Assembly (NCBI GenBank): GCA_016715625.1 | Contig: JADJZU010000003.1 | Span: forward strand, 67,292 to 131,291 | Origin: Bacteroidota bacterium | Lineage (GTDB): Bacteria; Bacteroidota; Bacteroidia; Chitinophagales; LD1 | Direction: 5' to 3' | Length of the DNA: 64,000 nucleotides | Part shown: piece by piece, positions 29,459 to 39,209 of the stretch | Position numbering within the stretch: the first letter of the stretch is position 1 | Layout: every line of letters begins with the position of its first letter | Notes under the pieces: generated by a model | What the model saw: only the letters and a program-made list of their open reading frames with translations | The model's database searches: none | Told to the model about the DNA's origin: nothing | Translations under genes and position numbers: made by a program

Positions 29459-31153
29459 ATGACGAAAAAACTACGCATGAAAAATTACTGTTATTTATTT
29501 TTTAGTCTGCTAAGCATCCTTATAAATCTCAATGCGGAAGCTCAATCGCTTTTAGACCAAAAGAAAAACTATACCAGAGCTGATTCGCTAAGAGGGTCTT
29601 TGAATGAATACCGAAGCTGTTATGATGTTACTTTTTATGAGCTCAACATAATTATAGACACCTCTGAAAGAACCGTTACCGGCTCTAATAAAATAACCTT
29701 TAACGTGGAGCAGGACTTCAACACCATGCAAGTTGATTTGTTCGAAAACATGAGCATCATTCAAATAGCCATGGCCGGCAAAGAGTTAAAATACAGAAGG
29801 GAATTCAATGCCGTTTTCGTTGAGATGCCGGATAAAATGGAGGCAGGCACAGTAGGGGAAATAGAAGTTCATTATCATGGTAAACCAATTATTGCCAAGC
29901 GAGCTCCCTGGGATGGTGGCTTTAGCTGGAGTAATGATCGGGAGGGTAATCAATGGATTGCTGTATCGTGTGAAGGCGTGGGAGCCAGTTTGTGGTGGCC
30001 CTGCAAAGATTATTTGGGCGATGAGCCGGATAGCATGAGCATCGCATGTACTACACCAGCTAATTTGAAGTGCATTTCCAACGGAACGCTCCTGTTTGAC
30101 AGGCGAAACGATAACGGTACCCGAACGGCTCGTTGGTTTGTTCACTACCCTATAAACAATTACAATGTGACGCTGAATATCGGCAACTACAAACATATTC
30201 ACGATGAATACGAAGCCATGGATGGTGAACTCCTTTCGCTTGATTACTATGTGATGCCATACAATGAAGCAGCTGCACGGAAGCAGTTGACACAAGTAAA
30301 ACCAATCCTCCGCTGTTACGAAAAATATTTGGGCAAATACCCTTTCTGGAACGATGGTTATGCACTGGTGGAAACACCTTATCTGGGGATGGAACATCAA
30401 GGTGCCATTGCCTATGGCAACATGTATAAAGCCGGCTATGCCGGTATGGATTTTTCGCGAATCGGGCTCGATTTTGATTATATCATCATTCACGAAACAG
30501 GACACGAATGGTGGGGAAATTCTGTGAGTTGTCGCGATATTGCGGATATGTGGATTCATGAAGGTTTTTGCACTTACTCCGAAGCCATCTACGTAGAATG
30601 TATGTATGGATACGAAACAGCCCTTCGTTATATTAACGCAAAGAAGCCTACCGTTGACAATAAGAGTCCAGTTGTTGGAATTTATGGCGTAAATGAAGAA
30701 GGTGATGGGGACATGTATAATAAAGGGATGCTTTTTCTTAACACACTCCGATACATCATCAATGACGACCCCGAGTGGTGGAGTATGATAAAATGCATGA
30801 GTGACACGACATTCAAAAGAAGGAATGTTACTTACGAAGATGTAGAGCGCTATTTTAGCTTGAAGAGTAAAAAGAATTTATCTCTCATCTTTGAACAGTA
30901 TTTGAAAAATGCTGCTATACCGGTGTTTCAATACGAGTTGAGAAAAATAAAGGGGAAAGAATACGAATTGCGTTACCGGTGGCAGGCAGATGTGGATGGA
31001 TTTGAAATGCCGGTTTTTATTTCCACAGGAACTAACAGCAGTAATCAAATTAATGTAACGCAAGATTGGCAATCTATGCCACTCACACTCAAAAAACCGA
31101 CCGACTTTATAGTCAACGATCGGCTTAGCTATATAAAAGTAAGTGCGTTGTAA
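29459..31153 (+). CDS. M1-family zinc metallopeptidase (aminopeptidase N-like), secreted
   Basis: Signal peptide and HETGHEWWGN...WIHEGFCTY (HEXXH-X18-E). Confidence 0.8.
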   Translation: MTKKLRMKNYCYLFFSLLSILINLNAEAQSLLDQKKNYTRADSLRGSLNEYRSCYDVTFYELNIIIDTSERTVTGSNKITFNVEQDFNTMQVDLFENMSIIQIAMAGKELKYRREFNAVFVEMPDKMEAGTVGEIEVHYHGKPIIAKRAPWDGGFSWSNDREGNQWIAVSCEGVGASLWWPCKDYLGDEPDSMSIACTTPANLKCISNGTLLFDRRNDNGTRTARWFVHYPINNYNVTLNIGNYKHIHDEYEAMDGELLSLDYYVMPYNEAAARKQLTQVKPILRCYEKYLGKYPFWNDGYALVETPYLGMEHQGAIAYGNMYKAGYAGMDFSRIGLDFDYIIIHETGHEWWGNSVSCRDIADMWIHEGFCTYSEAIYVECMYGYETALRYINAKKPTVDNKSPVVGIYGVNEEGDGDMYNKGMLFLNTLRYIINDDPEWWSMIKCMSDTTFKRRNVTYEDVERYFSLKSKKNLSLIFEQYLKNAAIPVFQYELRKIKGKEYELRYRWQADVDGFEMPVFISTGTNSSNQINVTQDWQSMPLTLKKPTDFIVNDRLSYIKVSAL

Positions 31154-31177
31154 ATACAAAACCAAAATCAAAAACAA

Positions 31178-31582
31178 ATGGTTGAAATAAACTTAAACTG
31201 GGTAGCTGATGAAAAATTTGACATACAGCAAAACGGCAAAATACTTCGTATAGATGCGGCCCCCGAAGAAGAATCTACCGGGTTCCGGCCAAAGGCGCTT
31301 ATCTTGTCTTCTCTTGCGGGGTGCACAGCGATTGACGTTGTGGAACTACTTAAAAAAATGCGTATTGAGTTTTCCGATTTTCGAATTGAGGTAAAAGCTG
31401 AAATGTCGGAAGAACATCCAAAAGTATATCATACGATTTACCTCACCTATCGCATTAGATTGAACGAACCGGACAGACCGAAAATGCAAAAGGCGGTCGA
31501 CTTATCGCAAGATAAATACTGCGGTGTAAGTGCCATGATCAGGAAATTTGCGACACTGCATGTGAATATTGAATATTTATAG
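31178..31582 (+). CDS. OsmC-family peroxiredoxin-like protein
   Basis: 134 aa, with the two conserved Cys contexts (LAGCTAIDV and KYCGVS) of OsmC/Ohr. Confidence 0.75.
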   Translation: MVEINLNWVADEKFDIQQNGKILRIDAAPEEESTGFRPKALILSSLAGCTAIDVVELLKKMRIEFSDFRIEVKAEMSEEHPKVYHTIYLTYRIRLNEPDRPKMQKAVDLSQDKYCGVSAMIRKFATLHVNIEYL

Positions 31583-31610
31583 ATTGCACACCTAAAAAAT
31601 ATAAAGCGAT

Positions 31611-32243
31611 ATGTATACCGGTTTACTACACACTCACAAACTAGTTGTTGTTCTTTTCCTTCTTCATTATGTGGTAAAACTTGTCTTGTTACTACTGAAC
31701 CGCAACGAACAGTTGGCTAATTACAGCAAGCGAACCAAGGTGACCGAAATGGCCATCAGTGCTTTGTTCCTGATTACAGGGTTATGGATGATGGGAACTT
31801 CTATTATGAAAGGTGGGAGCGTTTCTACTTTACAGATAATTAAACTGGTATGCGTTTTTAGCTCCATACCGCTGGCTATCATCGGATTTAAGCGAAGTAA
31901 TAAGTTGCTGGCTGTATTGGCCGTATTGTTGATCATAGCGGCCTACGGCTTGGCGGAAGTAAATAAAAAGAAAAAAGCCGGTGGTGCTGTGAATACCGAA
32001 ACCGCAGGCAGTACTTTAGAAGCCGGCAAACTGGTATACCAGGATAAATGTATGCAGTGCCATGGTAGCGATGGTGCAGCTGGAATTAGTGGTGCTAAAG
32101 CACTTGGGCAAACCAGTTTGACGGCCGATGAGCAAAAAGCAATTGTGAAATCAGGCAAAAACTCAATGCCGGCATTTGGAGAAACCATTACAGAAGAACA
32201 GACTATGGCCGTGATAGAATATGTAGCTACTTTTAAGCAATAA
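31611..32243 (+). CDS. membrane-anchored c-type cytochrome
   Basis: Four N-terminal hydrophobic helices and a C-terminal CMQCH haem-binding motif with a downstream Met ligand region. Confidence 0.75.
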   Translation: MYTGLLHTHKLVVVLFLLHYVVKLVLLLLNRNEQLANYSKRTKVTEMAISALFLITGLWMMGTSIMKGGSVSTLQIIKLVCVFSSIPLAIIGFKRSNKLLAVLAVLLIIAAYGLAEVNKKKKAGGAVNTETAGSTLEAGKLVYQDKCMQCHGSDGAAGISGAKALGQTSLTADEQKAIVKSGKNSMPAFGETITEEQTMAVIEYVATFKQ

Positions 32244-32263
32244 TCATTCATTCCCTACAAACA

Positions 32264-32296
32264 AAATCCCCGCGTGATATTTCACGCGGGGATTTT
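32264..32296. terminator. bidirectional terminator hairpin between convergent genes
   Basis: Perfect 15-bp stem AAAATCCCCGCGTGA / TCACGCGGGGATTTT with a 3-nt loop. Confidence 0.75.
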
Positions 32297-32318
32297 ATTT
32301 TGTAGTAATAGGCTAGCT

Positions 32319-34115
32319 CTATCGGGAACGTACTGATAGTCTGGCTTGAATATCGGATAGCTCCCCTTTAGGAATGGCGGCAATGAGGCGCTGAGTATAT
32401 TCCTTCTGCGGGTTGTTGTATATCTCATCGCTGATTCCCATTTCTTCAATCTTTCCTTTGTTCATCACTACCATTCGGTCGCTCATGAATTTCACCACTG
32501 ATAAATCATGTGATATAAAGATGTAGGTAAACTTGAACTCCTCTCGCAGTTGAATCAGCAAGTTTAAAACCTGCGCCTGCACACTCACATCCAAGGCACT
32601 CACCGATTCGTCACAAATAATGAATTTGGGATTGAGCGACAAAGCCCGGGCAATACAAATACGCTGACGCTGACCGCCTGAAAACTCGTGTGGGTAACGG
32701 TTAAAATGTTCCGGCTTCATATTCACCTTTTCTAAAAGGTCAATCACTTTGTCTTTGCGTTCCTTTTCACTCGAGTAAACACCATGCACGGTCATAGGCT
32801 CCATAATTGCACTGCCCACTGTAATTCTAGGGTTCAACGAAGAGTAAGGATCCTGAAAAATAATTTGCATGTGCTTACGAATATCCATCATCTCCTTATT
32901 GTTCAAATCCAGAAGGTTGCGGCCATCAAAATGAATTTCGCCACCGTGGGCAGGCACTAATCGCAATATCGTTCTTCCCAATGTAGTTTTTCCGCAACCG
33001 CTCTCACCTACGAGACCTAAAGTCTCCCCCTCATGCACATCAAAACTTACATCATCCACTGCTTTAACGTAGTCAATGGCTTTTCCAAAGAAATTCTTCT
33101 GAGTCGGGAACCAGGTTTGCACATTTTTCACTTGCAGTATTGGCTTACGAGCCATCACCGTTTCACGTCTGGCTTTAGTCACTTCATCGCTGATAACCAC
33201 TGCATTAATTGCATCGGCAACACTCGTATGCTTTTCAATTAATGTTCCATCCTCTTTCTCCTCCATAAAATCAACCACTGTGGGTAATTTACTTAAGCGC
33301 TTTCCAAGAGGTGGTCGGCAGGCTAGCAAACTACGGGTATATGGGTGTTGTGGATTTCCGAAAATATCAAGCACAGTTCCCTGCTCCACTATTTTGCCTT
33401 TATACATCACCAGCACACGGTCGGCAATTTCGGCTATCACACCCAAATCGTGTGTAATAAACATGATACTGCTGTCAATTTCCCCTTTCAAACTAGCCAT
33501 TAAATCAAGAATGGTAGCCTGCACAGTAACATCCAGCGCTGTGGTTGGTTCATCGGCAATGAGGATGGAAGGATTGCAACTCATGGCCATGGCAATCATG
33601 ACCCGTTGTTTTTGCCCGCCCGATAACTGGTGCGGGTAAGCATCTAAAATACGCTGTGGGTTGGGTAACTTAACTTTCTCAAACATACGAAGGGTGATTT
33701 CCTGCGCCTGTTTTTTACTCATTTTCTGGTGCAGCATAATTGCCTCCACCACCTGATCGCCACAGGTAAACACCGGGTTGAGCGAAGTCATAGGTTCTTG
33801 AAATATCATGGATATTTCATTGCCTCTGAATTTTCGCATTTCCTCTTCGCTGATTTTTGTTAAGTCAACTTTCGACCCATCTTTCTGGTAAAAATTGATT
33901 TCACCAGATACAATACGACCCGGTGGGTCGGGTATCAAACGCATCACCGACAAGGAAGTAACCGACTTTCCGGAGCCGGATTCACCTACAATACCTATCG
34001 TTTCGCCCCGATTCAGCGTAAAACTGATATCATTCACCGCTTTCACAATCCCACCATCCGTTTTAAACTCGGTAACTAAATTCTTTACCTCCAGTAGTAA
34101 TTTTCCGTTGCTCAT
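32319..34115 (-). CDS. ABC transporter ATP-binding protein with duplicated NBDs (Dpp/Opp D-F fusion, YejF-like)
   Basis: Two Walker A motifs (GESGSGKS, GESGCGKT), two LSGGQ signatures (LSGGQKQR, FSGGQRQR) and two Walker B motifs. No permease gene is adjacent. Confidence 0.85.
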   Translation of the reverse strand: MSNGKLLLEVKNLVTEFKTDGGIVKAVNDISFTLNRGETIGIVGESGSGKSVTSLSVMRLIPDPPGRIVSGEINFYQKDGSKVDLTKISEEEMRKFRGNEISMIFQEPMTSLNPVFTCGDQVVEAIMLHQKMSKKQAQEITLRMFEKVKLPNPQRILDAYPHQLSGGQKQRVMIAMAMSCNPSILIADEPTTALDVTVQATILDLMASLKGEIDSSIMFITHDLGVIAEIADRVLVMYKGKIVEQGTVLDIFGNPQHPYTRSLLACRPPLGKRLSKLPTVVDFMEEKEDGTLIEKHTSVADAINAVVISDEVTKARRETVMARKPILQVKNVQTWFPTQKNFFGKAIDYVKAVDDVSFDVHEGETLGLVGESGCGKTTLGRTILRLVPAHGGEIHFDGRNLLDLNNKEMMDIRKHMQIIFQDPYSSLNPRITVGSAIMEPMTVHGVYSSEKERKDKVIDLLEKVNMKPEHFNRYPHEFSGGQRQRICIARALSLNPKFIICDESVSALDVSVQAQVLNLLIQLREEFKFTYIFISHDLSVVKFMSDRMVVMNKGKIEEMGISDEIYNNPQKEYTQRLIAAIPKGELSDIQARLSVRSR

Positions 34116-34288
34116 TGACGTATTTCTTATGCGGTGAAAATATTCTTATTAAAAAGGTTTGCAAAAAAGTATCACTGCTGTATTCATCGCATAGATTTCC
34201 ACGAAGATTTCATTCCTCTAAATCATACATAAACACCAATCTACCTTAACAGGTGAAAAACTGGTGTTGTATAAAATTTGGCTGGGAA

Positions 34289-34296
34289 TAGATTTG
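34289..34296 (+). promoter_or_regulatory. -7 promoter box TAGATTTG upstream of the 34329 gene
   Basis: Exact TAnnTTTG, 32 nt before the ATG. Confidence 0.4.
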
Positions 34297-34328
34297 CATT
34301 ACTTTTAACAAACAAAACTTAAACAAAC

Positions 34329-35249
34329 ATGGAAAATAACTCAGGCGGAGGAAATAAGATTTATGTAGTCATCATCGCTTTACTTTTGCTCATCAATGGA
34401 GGCGGAGGTTATTTGCTTTGGAAGGAGAACAAGGGCAAAAAAGATGAAATAGCACAAAAAGAAGTTCTGCAAAAGCAGTTTACTGAGAAAACACTTCAGC
34501 TTGACTCTTTATCGCTCGAACTTGACCAGTTTAAGGGTAAAAATGCAGAGTTGGACAGCATTATTATAGCACAACAAAATCAAATTGAAGAGCAGAAGAA
34601 GAAAATTCAGGCCGTTTTGGGTAGTGCCGGTATGAACAAAAAGAAGCTGGAGGAGGCAAACAAGTTGATTGCTGAGTATCAAGCTACTATTGCTGATATG
34701 CAGACAAAAATTGCAGAACTGACGAAGCAAAACGAACAATTATCGTCTCAAAATCAGCAGTTATCGACCGATTTGAGTGCTGAAAAAGCAACCACAGCCC
34801 AGTTAACCGAAACCAATACGGTGCTTTCCAAAAAAGTGGAATTGGGTTCGTTACTTCAACTCAGAAACATGGAGGTTTTAGCTATTCGTAAGAAAGCGAA
34901 CGGTAAAGAAGTGGATGTAAACAGAGTGAAACAGGCAGAAAGTTTAAAAATCAGTTTTGAAACCGGTGATAATAAAGTGCTAGAGAATGGACCTTTGAGT
35001 CTATATATTCGGGTATTAAATCCAAAAGGAGAAACAATTTCGGTAGCAGACCAGGGTTCAGGAACATTGAAACTGACAGAGTCGGGCGAAGTAGTGCAGT
35101 TCAGCAAAAAGGCAGACTTTGATTGGACTCAAAGCAATAAAAAGATAGTTGTATACTGGAGTCAGAACATTCAGGATGCCGGGACTTACAAAGTAGAAGT
35201 GTATCAAACAGGATACTTAGTAGGCAAAGGAGAAGTAGCGCTTAAATAA
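34329..35249 (+). CDS. membrane-anchored coiled-coil protein with a C-terminal beta-rich domain, function unknown
   Basis: One N-terminal TM (IYVVIIALLLLINGGGGYLLW), about 150 aa of heptad-like Q/E/K/L-rich sequence, then a beta-strand-like C-terminal ~120 aa. Confidence 0.6.
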   Translation: MENNSGGGNKIYVVIIALLLLINGGGGYLLWKENKGKKDEIAQKEVLQKQFTEKTLQLDSLSLELDQFKGKNAELDSIIIAQQNQIEEQKKKIQAVLGSAGMNKKKLEEANKLIAEYQATIADMQTKIAELTKQNEQLSSQNQQLSTDLSAEKATTAQLTETNTVLSKKVELGSLLQLRNMEVLAIRKKANGKEVDVNRVKQAESLKISFETGDNKVLENGPLSLYIRVLNPKGETISVADQGSGTLKLTESGEVVQFSKKADFDWTQSNKKIVVYWSQNIQDAGTYKVEVYQTGYLVGKGEVALK

Positions 35250-35270
35250 ACCATCAAGATTATTTTGGTA

Positions 35271-35310
35271 TTAATCAAGAAGCCCCGCATGTGCGGGGCT
35301 TCTTGATTAA
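35271..35310. repeat. perfect 18-bp inverted repeat with a 4-nt loop (possible U-tract-less terminator or binding site)
   Basis: ttaatcaagaagccccgc-atgt-gcggggcttcttgattaa, located 22 nt after the stop at 35249. Confidence 0.8.
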
Positions 35311-35396
35311 TAGTAGAAATTAGAGCCTATTCTATAAAACATCTTCAAAAAAGCTACTTCAAATTAGATTACCATTGTATTATCATTCCTGCATTC

Positions 35397-37821
35397 ATGA
35401 AATATTTATTGACTCTTTTGGTATGGGCGATTTTCATTACTGCAAAAGCGCAGACTTTTTCCCAGGTTTTTAATCAAGCTATTCCGGATGATGGAAGCAC
35501 TGTAATGTATTTAGTTCCGGTAAGTGGCTTACCAACTGCCATTGACACAAACTTTGGTTTGGAGGGAATATGTATTCAAATGACACACACCTGGGATGAT
35601 GATATGGAAGTGAAACTGATGTCGCCCGATGGCACCACCGTTCTAATGTTTACACGTAGGAGGCGATGGGGATGATTTTAATGTAACTTGCTTAAATGGG
35701 GCGGCTACTCAATCCATTTCGCAGGGTGCTGCTCCTTTCAACGGTTCTTACCGACCCATGGGTGATATGGGACTATTCAACAATGGACAAAATCCAAACG
35801 GAAACTGGACACTTATTTTGCACGATACTTACCCATTTGCCGATGAAGGATTTCTGATTGGATGGGGAGTAATATTTGGCACCCAGCCAGTACATCCTTT
35901 CGTTTTTCCCTCCTCCAATTTACCAATTGTAAAAATCACTACACAAAATAGCGTTGTAATTCCCAATGATCCGAAGATAGAAGCCGATTTTGTAATTATT
36001 GACCATGGCAGCGGGATAAGAAATTATGTAAATGATACTGTGTATGCCTATCAAGGTAAAATGCTTGTAGAACTGCAAGGATTTAGCGGGCCCTCTTATC
36101 CCAAGAAAAATTATGACTTTGATTTGATTGATGCCAACGGAAATAAAATTAACACTCCACTGCTAGGTATGCCGGCAGAAAACGATTGGATTTTAAAAGC
36201 AGAATATTTGGATGCATCACTGATGGCTAACCCCTTAACGTATGAGTTAAGCAGACGCATGGGTTTATATGCTCCACGAACCAAATACTGCGAGGTAATG
36301 GTGAATAACGAATATGTTGGCGTCTATTCACTTACCGAAAAAGTAAAACGGAGTGCAGAACGACTAAATATCGCCAAACTGAACCCGGAAGATACAACCG
36401 GAATTGAATTAACCGGTGGATATATCATTGAAATGAATATAAACGGAGATGCCCCGGCCTGGACATCCAATTTTTTACCTATCAACTATTCAACTTGTTC
36501 ACTCAACGTAGAGTTTAAAGAGGTTTACCCAAAACAAGGAACAATACATCCCAAACAACACAACTATATTAAAAGCTATGTAGATAGTTTTGAGTTGGCC
36601 TTACATGATGGTTCTATCGGGTTACAACACTGGCGGGATTTCATATCCGAAAAATCATTCATTGACTTTCAGATTGTGAATGAATTCAGTGCAAACTATG
36701 ATAGTTATGGTCGCAGCACTTACCTCTATAAAGAGAAATCTACCGATGGAAACCAATTACATATTGGACCACCTTGGGATTATGACCGGGCGTTTGCATC
36801 AGGCACCCAAACAGGTTGGGTTTGGGAAATCACTCACTTAGGTTGGCCGTTCCCTTTTTGGTGGAGCCAGCTAAACAACGATTCAGTGTATCAAAGAAAA
36901 CTCTATTGCCGTTGGTCCACCTTGCGCATGAATGTCTTGAGCACGGACTCATTCATGCACTTTATTGATTCTACATCCTACATGCTGCAAGAAGCAGCAG
37001 CAAGGAATTTTACAAAATGGGGAGAACTGGGCGTTACAGACTATAACTCACCTGTCCTCAATTTCAAAAACTTCATACAAGACCGATTACAGTGGATGGA
37101 TAATAACATTTTGCCGCATGGCGCTATTGTTCCTGCACTCGCTATAAACGACACAATAGTTTGTCAAAATGGCACTATAGACATAAGTATCGGCAACCAA
37201 TACTCCTACAGTTGGAATACCAACCAGCACACTTCCGCGATATCGATAGCTACATCTGGCCTTTATAGTGTAAGTGTGAAAGATGGCTACGGTTGCTCCG
37301 CATCATCTGATTTTCAAGTAACGGTAAGCACACCAGATGCAACATTTGGATGGACAGAAGATTCTATCTCTAGCTACACCTTTGTACCCAATCAAGTATC
37401 CAACGTAACCTATGTGTGGAACTTTGGTGATGGCAACACTGCAAAGGATGTACCCGCTACCCATGCATACGATACAACGGGGCTGTACATCGTCACACTA
37501 TCAGTAACCGACACATTAGGTTGCACAGCTTCATCTACAGATACCATAACTGTAACACCATTTACGTCTACCGATAAACTTGTTGCTGGTTTCAACAACC
37601 ATGTGACTCCCAACCCGTTTACCCATCAACTAGAAGTAACTACATCAATCCTAAATGTGCACTTAGAGGCAAGAGATGTAACTGGTAAACTTGTATTTGA
37701 AAAAACTTGTGAAGACTACCACACCCGAATTGAAACGAATCAATGGAGTTCCGGATTTTATTTTCTAAAAATAAACAAGGAAGGATTTCCGACCCTGATT
37801 AGTAAAGTAGTAAAGCAATAG
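35397..37821 (+). pseudogene. secreted multidomain protein: proprotein-convertase P-domain + CotH kinase-like domain + PKD domain + T9SS type A C-terminal domain; one frameshift in the P-domain
   Basis: ORF 35397..35675 (signal peptide, MTHTWDDDMEVKLMSPDGTT) continues in frame +1 from about 35656 as VGGDGDDFNVTCLNG...NPNGNWTLILHD (ORF 35758..37821). CotH-like core. PKD-like WNFGDGNT. C-terminal ...TPNPFTHQLEV...GFYFLKI. Confidence 0.7.
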
Positions 37822-37831
37822 CCGTTTTTTT

Positions 37832-38494
37832 CTAATTGCGAAAACAATAGCTGATAATATTAGCGCCCATTTTTAAAGCGCGTTCATGTATCTCAGGAGT
37901 ATCTTTATGAACGGAGGGGTCTTCCCAACCATCCCCTAAATCGCTTTCATAAGTGTATAGCACTACGAGGCGTCCTTCATAAAAAAGTCCAAAGGCCTGA
38001 GGTGGTTTATTGTCATGTTCATGCGTTTTGGGTAAGCCTTTGGAGAAATCATATTTCTGATGAAAGATGGGATGTGAGAAAGGCAACTCTACAAGTTTGG
38101 TACCTGGAAATAAATTTTCCAACTGGGGACGAATAAACTTATCCATTCCATAATTGTCATCGGCATGAAGAAAACCACCCGCAATAAGATAGGCTTTCAA
38201 ATTCTCTAACTCTTGTGAATTAAAGACCACATTACCATGACCGGTCATATGCACCAAGGGATAATTAAACAACTCCGCACTGCCGACCTCTACGGTAGGT
38301 GGATCGGACTGCAAATTCATATTCAAATTTCGGTTGCAAAATTTTATAAGATTAGGTAAGGAGGTTGGATTAGCATACCAATCTCCTCCCCCATTATATT
38401 TGAGTAAAGCAATTTTTAAGGGCTTATCGGTGGGAGTAATAAACGATGCACAAAAAAAGAAACTAAAAAAAAGAAACACCACTCTGCTATTCAT
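37832..38494 (-). CDS. DUF4159 domain protein
   Basis: Signal/TM, then IALLKYNGGGDWYANPTSLPNL..., characteristic of DUF4159. Confidence 0.7.
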   Translation of the reverse strand: MNSRVVFLFFSFFFCASFITPTDKPLKIALLKYNGGGDWYANPTSLPNLIKFCNRNLNMNLQSDPPTVEVGSAELFNYPLVHMTGHGNVVFNSQELENLKAYLIAGGFLHADDNYGMDKFIRPQLENLFPGTKLVELPFSHPIFHQKYDFSKGLPKTHEHDNKPPQAFGLFYEGRLVVLYTYESDLGDGWEDPSVHKDTPEIHERALKMGANIISYCFRN

Positions 38495-38501
38495 ATCGCG
38501 A

Positions 38502-39200
38502 TCATTGATTATTCAAATTAAAAATACACGAAACAAATATACCTGCCGTTTCCAATCGCAATCTACTGCTGCCGAGCGTTACCGTGTTAAATCCATTTTG
38601 AATCGCCTGCTTCACTTCTGCACTATCAAAATCTCCTTCGGGGCCTATTAATACAAGCACATCCTGCCGGGGTGTACAGACGTCTTTTAGATGAACCTGC
38701 TCATCGGCACACCAGGCTATAAATTTTAAAGCCTGAGTGGGTTGTTGCACAAAATTCTCAAATGAGGTAATCGGACGAAGTGTTGGAATTTTATACTTCA
38801 AACTCTGCTTGCAGGCTGCCAATAACACTTTCTCTATTCTATCAGCACGAAGTTCCTTTCGCTCACTATGCTTGCAGATTATCGGAGTAATAACATCCAC
38901 TCCAATTTCGCAGGCTTTTTCGGCAAACCACTCGAAGCGTTCTATATTTTTGGGCGGGGCGATAGCCAGATGCAAACCGGGTTTATTAAGAGCACCCGAT
39001 TGTAGTACATCAGCCACAAATATCAGTGCTTGTCTTTTATCTAAAGCATCAATCCGGGCCAAAAACAAATTTCCCAACCCATCAAAAACTTTAACCTCAT
39101 CGCCCACCGACATACGCAACACGTGCAGATGATGAAGTTCTGAATCCGGCAAAGAATAATGTTGGTGGCTGACCGCACCCGGTGCGTAAAACAAATTCAT
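38502..39200 (-). CDS. rsmE: 16S rRNA (uracil1498-N3)-methyltransferase
   Basis: The size and PUA-like N-terminus (HHLHVLRMSVGDEV) plus the SPOUT C-terminus (IGPEGDFDSAE...LGSSRLRLETA) match RsmE. Confidence 0.8.
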   Translation of the reverse strand: MNLFYAPGAVSHQHYSLPDSELHHLHVLRMSVGDEVKVFDGLGNLFLARIDALDKRQALIFVADVLQSGALNKPGLHLAIAPPKNIERFEWFAEKACEIGVDVITPIICKHSERKELRADRIEKVLLAACKQSLKYKIPTLRPITSFENFVQQPTQALKFIAWCADEQVHLKDVCTPRQDVLVLIGPEGDFDSAEVKQAIQNGFNTVTLGSSRLRLETAGIFVSCIFNLNNQ

Positions 39201-39209
39201 CAGAATAGC

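Noticed and set aside
29786-30559. 257-aa ORF antisense to the M1 peptidase gene, and similar long antisense ORFs at 5515-6147, 14946-15458, 33280-33639 and 62185-62694
   Set aside because: Each is embedded in a gene with clear family motifs on the opposite strand. None shows a signal peptide, promoter box or recognisable domain, so they are shadow ORFs.
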